Positions 34,190 through 43,802 of a DNA stretch of 64,000 nucleotides are shown piece after piece. Position 1 is the stretch's first letter. Each line of letters opens with the position of its first letter. Origin of the DNA: Scyliorhinus canicula (Eukaryota). A program made the position numbers and the translations under genes. Location: the NCBI RefSeq assembly GCF_902713615.1, contig NC_052172.1:6615337-6679336 (forward strand). Reading direction: 5' to 3'. The notes beneath the pieces were generated by a model. The model did no database searches. It saw only the letters and a list, made by a program, of their open reading frames with translations, and was not told where the DNA came from.

Positions 34190-35095
34190 TGTGGATGGAC
34201 CAGAGAACATTGGTCGACGCTGAGAGAATTCATCATATCTGTCTTCACTAAAGTGAATGAGGAGGTAGATACAGGTATCGGGAGGGGACTGTGAAGTTCT
34301 TGAGAAAATTGTCAAAGGAAGTGGCACGTTAGTGGAGTTGCTGGCAAGTTTAAAAGTGGTCAAATCTCCAGATCCGGATGAATTGTATACCAGGATGCTG
34401 TGGGAGGCGCAGGGGGTAGATGTGGGGCTCGGAGCCAAATTGTTAATCCCTCTCCGGTCTCGGGGGAGGTGCCAGGGGACAGTAGAATGTGTGGATACCA
34501 GAAGCATGGAGGTCATGTTGGAGTTGAATGAAACTTTGGTGAGGCCACAGCTGGAGCACTGTGAGCAATTATTGTCGCCACATTATAGGAACGATGTGAG
34601 GGGGAGCCGCGACGATTCACCAAGATATTACCTGGGATGGAACATTTAAGTTCTGAAGAGAGGTTGGGTATGCTTGCGTTGTTTTCTCTGGTGAAGCGAT
34701 TGTTGAGGGGGTCCTGGTCGAGGTGTACAGGATTAAGAAGGATACAGACAGGGTGGTTAGGGAACAACTGTTACCCTTATTTAAAGGGGCAGTTAAGAGG
34801 CGTCACAAGTTCAAGGTGACGGGCAGGAGGTTTAGGGGGAATTTATGGGAATCCTTTTTTACCCAGAGGTTGGTGACGGTCTGGAACGCACTGCCTGGGA
34901 GGGTGGGTGGGGAGCGTTGCCTCAAATCCTTTAAAAAGTAACTGGATGAAAACTTGGGCCATCTTAACATTCAAGGCTCTGGGCCAGGTGCTGGCAAATG
35001 GGATTAAGTGGGCAGGTCAACCGTTTTCCATGCGTCAGTGCAGGCTTGATGGGCCGAAGGTCCTCCTCTCTGCTGTGTTATTCTGTGATGCTATG
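34190..35095 (+). mobile_element. Degenerate CR1 fragments
   Basis: LKVVKSPDPDELYTRML; LVRPQLEHCEQ; CR1 3' end ahead of V copy 2. Confidence 0.75.
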
Positions 35096-35124
35096 ATTCC
35101 ATGGCAACAGTAACTTATCCAATT

Positions 35125-35138
35125 CTTCCACCTGGTGG
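35125..35138 (-). promoter_or_regulatory. CTCF-binding motif 21 bp 3' of the V RSS nonamer
   Basis: Minus strand CCACCAGGTGGAAG, 13/14 to the CTCF core, at the same spacing as in copy 1. Confidence 0.6.
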
Positions 35139-35159
35139 CGGGAATGAGCTCTCGGTGCA

Positions 35160-35198
35160 GGTTTTTGTCGCTGTGGGTCCGCTTTCTCAAACGCTGTG
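35160..35198 (-). other. 23-RSS of TRBV copy 2
   Basis: CACAGCG + 23 nt + ACAAAAACC, identical to copy 1. Confidence 0.92.
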
Positions 35199-35932
35199 AT
35201 ACTACAAGCGCAGAAGTAGACAGCGTTGTGAGATACAGCGGCGTGTCTCAGTTTGATACTAAACAGCGTGTTGCTAGTCCTGACTGCATCGAACGGCTCG
35301 GATGTGTAGTTGTTGAGGTTCCCTTCTCCAGCAGAATCGAAAAGAGTTTCCAATGCCCGATTTGGCTGTTGTCTGTACCAGAACATTTGGGGATAGTTAG
35401 TATTCTTCAGCGTGCAGCTGATAATGGCTGATTTTCCTGCTGCGATCGAGAGCACAGATGGCGACTGTTCCACGTAAGAGGCGAGTATTTCTGCCGAATA
35501 AAACATGCGTTAGATTATCAGGTTAATTATTAATCGATTAGACAGAGATAAACATATAACACGCAATAACATCCATTTATAAAGCATCATTCCCGCCTCA
35601 GAAAGTCCCAACTCCTTTTATCAACAAGAAATAATTCGTTACAATCTGGTCATTGTTGTGATGGCGTCACTGATTTCCGCCCAGACGGCACCTCTGAAAA
35701 TGCCGACCTCTCACCACACTGACCTCGAGAGGATCCCCGCAGATTGTGTCCTCAATCTCAAGGGAAAGAGTGGCGTCTGCACCTTCTGATTCCGAGGACA
35801 CAGTCCTCCTAGAGGGGCGACACACGGCATTATGTTGCAAAACATCACAAAGACCTCTCCAACTGTTTGCCACTTTGACTTACGTGGAATTAGTGACACC
35901 ATCAATGTTAGATAATGAACTTCACACACCAT
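35199..35932 (-). CDS. TRBV: TCR beta V segment, copy 2, apparently functional (leader 35884-35932, V exon 35199-35490)
   Basis: Kozak GCCACCATGG; leader MVCEVHYLTLMVSLIP C|GTAAGT; acceptor ttcggcag|; open V exon with Cys23, Trp41 (WYRQ), Cys104 (YFCACS); 23-RSS. Confidence 0.88.
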
Positions 35933-37029
35933 GGTGGCAGCGTCAATCGATTCAACTTTGCTGTGTAAACTAATGGAGCTCAGGACCACGTTCAGAGGCC
36001 TATGACTGATTAAATACGATACATTCGGTTGAGGTTAACAAGTGACGTCGATTTCCTGAATAGCCAACACCCCACCCAGTCCTCGGGCCGGTCAGCAGCG
36101 CCACATATTGGCAGAGCACAGAACGACAAGTAGGGATGTAATAGAGGTGTTCACAATGATAACCGGATTTGATTGTGTTGATGAAGAAACATTAATTCCA
36201 TTGAAGGAGGTCGTGAACCACAGGATACAAACTTAAGGTTGTTGGCAGAAACAAAATCAATGAGTGACATTGAGTTTTTGTGACCCGGAATTGCTATAGT
36301 GTCTGCCTGATAGAGTGTGAGCAGCAGATTCAATTATAACTTTCCAAAGGGATAATTAGGTGAAGAGGAGACATTTAGATATCAAGTGGCCGCTATGTAC
36401 AATGAGCAAGGGGGTTTTGGGGTGTGGCAAGGGGGGTGTAATTGTGTAGCAGATACCAAACAGGGAACCATAAGTGGTCAGTAATAAACTCACTCTGTTT
36501 TCTCAGATGCGTGGTGAGAATGTGGATCTCGCCCATGCAGAACGTGTTTGAGGAAAACCGCGTTGGGTATTTGATAGAATTTACGGAGATGCTGAAGATG
36601 TACATCGGAAGAAATGAATAGAAAGATATTCAATAGGGATAGATGAGGAGGGTTGGGATTTCTAATTGGGAAGATTTTACAAAGAGAGCTGGCAGAGAGT
36701 CGATAGGAAGAATGGCCTCTTTTTTCAGTTCAGTCGGTGAGGCTCCAATAGGCTAAAAGCGAATCAAGGGTTTAAATTATTTTCCGGGCACCAACCACAT
36801 ATTATTACATAAACACCTGAAAAGTGGGCTTGAGTCCGAGAGAAGCGAGTTAACGGTTGTCAGCAGATTCTCAACCCCCGTCAGGAGGCAGGTGTCCCTG
36901 TGATGAACAGAGGAACAAAGGTCTTTGTACAATGTGGAACTTGGAGATGTTTAAAGATTCTGATCTGCATTATTTTCTATGTGTGTGGGACATTCCTCTT
37001 GGAGCTGAGGAGGCTATGCAGAGGTTATA

Positions 37030-38180
37030 GAACATAGAACAGTACAGCACAGAACAGGCCCTTCGGCCCTCGATGTTGTGCCGAGCCATGATCACTCTAC
37101 TCAAACCCACGTATCCACCCTATACCCGTAACCCAACAACCCCCCCCCCTTAACCGTATCCTTATCCTGAATAGTAAAACGATGATAGAATATAGAATAG
37201 AATATAGAAAAGTACAGCACAGGAACAGGAGCTTCGGCCCTCCAAGCCTGTGCCGACAATGCTGTCCGGGGTCTAACGTAAAATTTTCTACACTTCCGGG
37301 GTGCATATCCCTCTATTCCCATGCTATTCATGTATTTGTCAAGGTGCCCTGTAAACGTCACTATCGTACCTGCTTCCACCACCTCCTCTGACAGCCAGTT
37401 ACAGGCACCCACTACCCTCTGCGTAAAAAATTTCCCTCGCCCATCTCACCTTAAACTTATGACCCCCAGTAATTGACTCTTCCACCCTTGGAAAAAGCTT
37501 TTCACTATCCACTTTGTCCACCCCCTCATAATTTTGTAGACATCGATCAGGCCGCCCCACATCCTCCATCGTTCCAGTGAGAACAAATCAATTTTAATCA
37601 ACCTCTCCTCATAGCTAATTCCCTCCATACCAGGCAAATCCTTGTAAATCTCTTCTGTACCCTCTCTAAAGCCTCCACATCTTTCTGGTAGTGTGGCAAC
37701 CAGAATTGAACACTATATTCCAAGTGTAGCCTAACTAAGGTTCTATACAGCTGCAACATGACTTGCCAATTTTATACTCAATATCCCGACCCATAAAGAC
37801 AGGCATGCCGTATGGCTTCGTGGCTACTTGCGTTGCCACTTGCAGTACACCCAGACCCCTCTGCCTATCAATATCCTTAAGGATTCTGCCATTTACTGTA
37901 TATTTCCCACCCATATTAGACCTTCCAAAATGCACAGCCTCACATTTGTGTGGATTAAACTCCACCTACCATCTCTCCACCCAAGTCTCCAAACGATCCA
38001 AATCCTGCTATATCCTCTGACAGTCCTCATCGCTATCCGCAATCCCACCAACCTTTGTATTGTTCGCAAACTTACTCATCAGACCAATTACATTTTCCTT
38101 CAAATGATTTATATATACTGCAAACAGCAACGGTCCCAGTCCAGATCCCTGCAGAACACCACTAGTCACAGCCCTCCATT
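37030..38180 (-). mobile_element. V-SINE tail fragment (37030-37160) plus CR1 3' fragment
   Basis: SINE tail as at 41520; CR1 SGVLQGSGLGPLLFAVYIN..SKFANNTK, MEFNPHKCEAVHFG. Confidence 0.8.
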
Positions 38181-38399
38181 CAGAAAAGCAGCTTTCCACT
38201 GCTACCCTCTGTCTTCTATGACCTCATTTGGAAGTACTCTCAACTTCATTCCCTCTCTCATTCACCCCATATTCACATTCACCCCCACACCCTCATTCAT
38301 CCCTCACCCATATCCTCATTCAGACCCTCACTCTCCTTTCAGGGTCTTTGCTCCCTGATCTCCCCATCAATGCTGGGCAGGGGTTTCGCAGAACCCAAC

Positions 38400-40290
38400 T
38401 CAAAGCAAGAATTTCCATTTAAATGATTGGAAAATCAGGAGATCCATTTCCAAACCCAAGATTTTCAGCCTCAAAATGTACCCAAAACATGAAATACACA
38501 ATATTTATTTGTCAAAAATGGACACAACATAATCTATAGAATACACAATTCACAAATACTGTTAACATTCATGATCAATAAGGTGGTTTGCAGATTTGAA
38601 GAATGCTCGAATGAATTGTTGCATCTTCTGCTTTCCTTGGTACAACCTCCTGTCGCAGCTGAGGCCACTTTTAATCTCTGCTGACCTTTCATGATCTTCT
38701 TCGGAAGGGAGTTCATCTTTGAAATTTTTCAATGCTCCATCAATGAGCTTGAAAGCCTCCGATATGTTTTTAAAAATAAATTTAGAGTACCCAATTCATT
38801 TTTTTCCAATTAAGGGGCAATTTAGCATGGCCAATCCACCTACCATGCACAGCTTTGGATTGTGGGCGTGAAACCCATGCAAACACGGGGAGAACCTGCA
38901 CACTCCACATGGAAAGTGACCCAGAGCCAGGATTGAACCCTGGACCTCGGTGCCGTGAGGCAACAATGCTAACTATTGCGCCACCGTGCTGCCCCATGCA
39001 TTGCAATGTTAACTGCTTGCTTGGAGAAACCACCTCCTTTTCTTGACCTTTACTCGATAGAGCTTGTTCTAGCTCAAATTGCTTCAGCTCCTCTGTTATA
39101 GCCCTCTGGGACTCCTCCAGCTGGGCATGATAGATCGCTAGTGATGATTGGGTTGTGAGTTAACCAGCACTCGTACAACAATTCAACTACTATAGCAACT
39201 GACAGGTAAGGAGACGGGACCCTGAGATGAGTAACCAGGAGCCGTGTAAATATTGCTGTTGTGCTGAATAAACGCCTTTCTTATGAACTCTTTGCTGTTT
39301 ACTTAATCCTCATTGGCCGAGATTCGCTATGACATTTTTGCACATTTTCAACATTATCTTGTCCCTACTTCAGAAAATTCTGGTTTGTTGGTCATAATCC
39401 CTTTCTTGCTGAACAAATTCAATTGGCTCACTAAAGCTGCAGGTCGTGAATACCTTCAGGCAAGATCTTGTACCGTTCACGGTCGCCTGTTTTACCTCTT
39501 AAGCATTTGAAATATTATTAATTGCCTGAACCACGTTGTAGTCAATCCAGAACATGCAGGCTGTTGGCTTTCTTTCATTGGTCTCCTTGTTGAGTTTAGC
39601 GAAGGTCCTGCAGAATTGTAAGCATTGATAAGAACTTGAGCAATACTTTGGATCAAGTAGTGTTTTTAGGCTGGTATTCTACACAGAATCTTTCAGAGGT
39701 CGTTGAGGTTCGACGGATGTCCTGGGACATTGTCCAAAAAGTAATAAAGGTTGATGAGTAATGCTTTTCTGAATACAATATTTATTGGCAGTTGGGCATA
39801 AATGCATTGAAAACCACTCATTAAATATGCCCATTGTCACACGCGCTTTCTTATGTGACATGCAAATTACAGGAAATTGCCCTCTAGGTACCCTTCACTG
39901 CTTGTGGGCTTTCTGCATGGTACAGGAACAGAAGCCCAATCCTGAGTCACTTTCTGCAGGGCCACCCTAAAACACAGTCAAGCAATCCTTAGCTAGCTTG
40001 AATCCTGGTACAGTTTTCCCTCTGATTAAATGGTCTTGCCGGGAATTCTCCTCCAAAAAAAAACACATTGAAAATTTGCTGCAGTCTGAATAGCCTTCCT
40101 CGTCAACGGTGACCTTTTATTCTGCCGGGTGACTATTGGTTGGTTCAATATCCACGCTCGTAGCTTCATTACTCATCTTGGTGTTACGGAGGCCGCGGTG
40201 TCTTTGGAAACTGTCAAACCATCACGACGCAATTTTTACCATCCAACCAAACTTTGGGACCCATGCTGGCCGACCATAACTACCCACCAT
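38400..40290 (-). mobile_element. Fossil Tigger/TIGD-like (pogo family) transposon, interrupted by a V-SINE at ~38780-38995
   Basis: Minus translations FPVICMSHKKARVTMGIFNEWFSMHLCP (cf. LPVxWxxNxKAWVT...W F), EELKQFELEQ...KQLTL, ISEAFKLIDGAL...QQFIRAFFK. Confidence 0.65.
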
Positions 40291-40524
40291 TTTCGCTTAC
40301 CTGTGATGCAACCGGCGATGGATTTCAGTTTGTGTGGGGTCTGCAACAACCAGGATTTCACTCCATAGAACGAAGAAGATGTGGGGCAGATTTAATTGAG
40401 GCGTTGAGAATTAGGAGCATTTCTCATCGTGTGAAGAAAGATAAATTGTGAAAGTGGCAGATGGTTCGCTAGCTAATGGAGAATGTGTTAAGATAACTGG
40501 TGGAGATACTTAGGATCTCGCAGT

Positions 40525-40810
40525 ACGGTACCATAGTGGTTTGCTCAGTTGCTCGGCTTGGTCTGTGCGGAGTTTGAACGTTGACTGCGTGGGTTTCCTC
40601 CGGGTGCTCCGGTATCGTCCCACAGTCCAAAGATGTGTAGGTTAGGTGGATTGGCCATTCTAAATTGCCCCTAGTGTCCAAAAAGGTTAGGTGGCTGGGT
40701 TCGCGAATAAAGGTGAAGGTATGGGGCTTAAGTGGGGTGTTCTTTCAAAGGGCCAGAACATACTAGAAGGGCCGAATGGCCTCCTCCTGCATTGTACATT
40801 CTATGATACT
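40525..40810 (+). mobile_element. HE1/V-SINE
   Basis: V-SINE core GGGTTTCCTCCGGGTGCTCCGG...CCCACAGTCCAAAGATGTG; inserted into an old CR1 of the duplicated unit. Confidence 0.8.
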
Positions 40811-41334
40811 CTATGAATCGGTTTGTTCCATGTGTTTTATGTTCTGAAACATGCCACCTGTACGGATACTGAATGGACCGAATCGGGACTGACTGGATCA
40901 TTCTTCAACAGTGCCAGTACAGACAAGGAAGGCAGAATAACCTCCTTTCGCGCTAAATCAGTCTATGATCTTATCAAAATATGCCTCTCCAACATTACTA
41001 CTGTGACGTGTTGATCCGTTAACAACGTCATCTGATTATAAACATATCGATGGCACCTTAAAGGAAGGACATTATCTACATTGAAAGATTGTTCGTCATT
41101 ACATTAATTGTAATCACTTAAAGTTAGACAAATGAATGAATAATGGATAGACAGGAGATAAATACAGACATCTATTCAGATAGGTAGGTAGGCAGATAGA
41201 TAATACATTTGAGGTAGATGATAGACAGAAGACAGCTAGCTTTCTCTCTACCATTGAGAACTAAATTTCACCATGCTGATCTCTGCCCTCCAGATCAGCA
41301 GAACACGGTAACTGGCCGTGTTTGAGACGGGCGG

Positions 41335-41495
41335 GTTTATTTCCCAAGTTGCAGAAATACCGAGCTACTTCGCTCTGCTTCACTGTCCCTACCTTCATAT
41401 CGAATTTGTTGTCTGCAGTCTTCTTGTGAATTGTGTTTTGAATGTGCTGGTACAGTCACATGGGCTGAATCACCTTCTCTTCTTCATCATCGAAA
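41335..41495 (-). pseudogene. TRBV: Paralog of the 33990-34185 V relic, with a 1-bp deletion and loss of the heptamer and spacer
   Basis: Aligns to the 34-kb relic; ...GTVKQSEVARYFC is followed almost directly by the nonamer remnant (AAATAAACC); ~35 bp missing. Confidence 0.6.
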
Positions 41496-41520
41496 TCTGT
41501 GGATGCACCAGAGCACATTA

Positions 41521-41840
41521 CATAGTACAGCACAGAACAGGCCCTTCAGCCCTCGATGTTGTGCCGAGCAATGATCACCCTACTTAAACCCACGTAACCC
41601 GTATACCCGTAACCCAACAATCCCCCCATTAACCTTACACTACGGGCAATTTAGCATGGCCAATCCACCTAACCCACACATCTTTTGGACTGTGGGAGGA
41701 AACCGGAGCACCCGGAGGAAACCCACGCACACACGGGGAGGACGTGCAGACTCCACACAGACAGTGACCCAGCCGGTAATCGAACCTGGGACCCTGGAGC
41801 TGTGAAGCATTGATGCTAACCACCATGCTACCGTGAGGCC
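41521..41840 (-). mobile_element. HE1/V-SINE, unit-3-specific insertion
   Basis: Full V-SINE; absent from the paralogous sequence at ~34205. Confidence 0.85.
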
Positions 41841-41849
41841 CGAACATTG

Positions 41850-43385
41850 TTGAACGAATTCTTCATATCTGTCTTCACCAAAGAGAATGAGGATGTAGAT
41901 TCAGATCTCGGGAGGGTGGGGGTGGGGGGACTGTGAATTTATTGAACAAATTGTCACAGGGAGTGACAAGTTATTGGAGTTGCTGGCAAGATAAAAGTGC
42001 TCATATCTCCAGATCCGGATGAATTGTGCCCAGGCAGCTGTGGGAGGCGAAGGAGGAGGTTGTGGGGCTCGGACCCAAATTGTTAATCTCCTCCGGCCTC
42101 TGGGGAGGTGCCAGAGAACTGGGGAGCAGTTAATTTTTTCCCACTGTTTAAGAAAGGTTGTAGAGATAAGCCAGGGAATTATAGACCAGTGAGTCTCACG
42201 TCAGTGGCAGGGAAACTATTGGAGAATATTCTGAAGAAGAGAACCTATCCGAACTCGGAAAGGCAAGGTTTGATCAGGAATAGTCCGCATGACTTTGTCA
42301 GAGGGACGTCATGCCCAACAAATTTCATGGCATTTTCTGAGCATCTGGCCAAGGGTTGTGTTGCTGTCGTTTTCATGGATTTCAACAAAACCTTTGGTAA
42401 GGTCCTACATAGCAGATGTATAAAGAAGGAAAATGCACATGGGATACATGATAGGTTGATGCAAGCATAAAAGCAAATTACAGCGGATGATGGAGTCTGA
42501 AAAAAAAAGAAAATGCTTGCAAATCTCTGCAAGTCTGGCAGCATCTGTAGGGAGAGAAACCAGCTAACGTTTCGAGTCCAGATGACCCTTTGTCTAAGCT
42601 CAAAGAGCCATCTGGAATGGAAGAGTTAGCTCTTCTCTCTCTCTACAGATGCTGCCAGATCTGCTGAGATGTTCCAGCATTTTCTTTCTGCATCAGTTGA
42701 TACGGTGGAGTCATAATTGACTTAGTAGTAGGAGACAGAGGGCGATGACAGGCGGCACCGTTAGTAAGTAGAAACCAGTGTCCAGCGGTATACCACAGGA
42801 AACTCTGATGGGTCCCCTATTGTTTGTCATTTATGTAAATTGCATAAATTACATAGGTTACCATGTGACAGTAGGATCAGTAATTTTGCGAATGACACAA
42901 AGATTGGGAGGGTGGTTATCAGTGAGGTTGAGTGTCTTGAGGTACAGGAAGATATAGACAAGATGGTCAAATGGCCAGAAAAGTTGTTGATGGTATTTAA
43001 CCCTGAAAGGTGCGCGGTGATACACTTTGGAAGGAGCAATTTGACGAGGAAATATTCAATGAATGGCCAGACGTTGATAGATTGGTGAAAATGGCATATG
43101 GGCCACTTATCTTTATCAATCGAGGTACGGATAACAGAAACATAGAGGTCATGTTGGAGTTGTATAGGCATTTGCTGTGGCCACCGCTGGAGTAGTGTGT
43201 AATTCCGGGCGCCACATTACAGGAAGGAAGAGATTGCACTGGAAGGGGTGCAGAGGCGATTCACCAGGATGTTGACTGCGATGGAACATTTAAGTTATGA
43301 AGATAATTTGGCTAGGCTTGGGTTGTTTTCGATGGAGCAGAGAAGACAGATGGGTGACTTGTTGAGATGTACAAGATTATGAGTT
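41850..43385 (+). mobile_element. Degenerate CR1 ORF2 fragment containing a fold-back insert
   Basis: PLFKKGCRDKPGNYRPVSLTSVAGKLLE; SNFANDTKIG. Confidence 0.8.
42510..42683. repeat. ~85-bp-arm imperfect palindromic (fold-back) repeat; related copies at ~52755-52925 and a half at ~21640-21720
   Basis: AAATGCT...TCTGGCAGCATCTGTAG.GAGAGAA...TCCAGATGAC.CTTTG / CAAAGAG.CATCTGGA...TCTCTCTACAGATGCTGCCAGA...AGCATTT. Confidence 0.75.
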
Positions 43386-43552
43386 GGATAACTGAGCAAT
43401 GCGTTTTAGCTTTTTGGCGTTTTTCTGGGGTATTTGTTGGCTCATTAAAGCCAAGACGTGCTGTGGTCTCTAAATTGCGCACTGGGGTTGGGGGAGGGAT
43501 GGGGTGACTGACATCCCCCGAGCGGGGCGCTATGTTCAGTGTCTGCTTTGGA

Positions 43553-43802
43553 AGACGGCACCTCTGAAACTGGCGACCTCCGCCGCACTGACCTCGGAAG
43601 TATCGCCATACATGGTGTCCTCACTCTGAGGGGTAAGAGTGGGCATCTGCACCTTCTGATTCCGAGCACAACGTCCTCCGAGAGGGGCGATACTCGACAT
43701 TATACTGCAAAACTCCACAAAGACCTCTCCAAAGGTTTGTAACTTTGACTTACGTGGAATTATTGACACCATCAGTGTTAGATAATGAACTTCACGCAAC
43801 AT
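43553..43802 (-). pseudogene. TRBV: TRBV copy 3: promoter, intact leader exon (43754-43802) and part of the intron only; V exon and RSS deleted
   Basis: MLREVHYLTLMVSIIP C|GTAAGT; intron homology to copies 1 and 2 ends at ~43553; no V exon or RSS before the CR1 at 43385. Confidence 0.8.
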
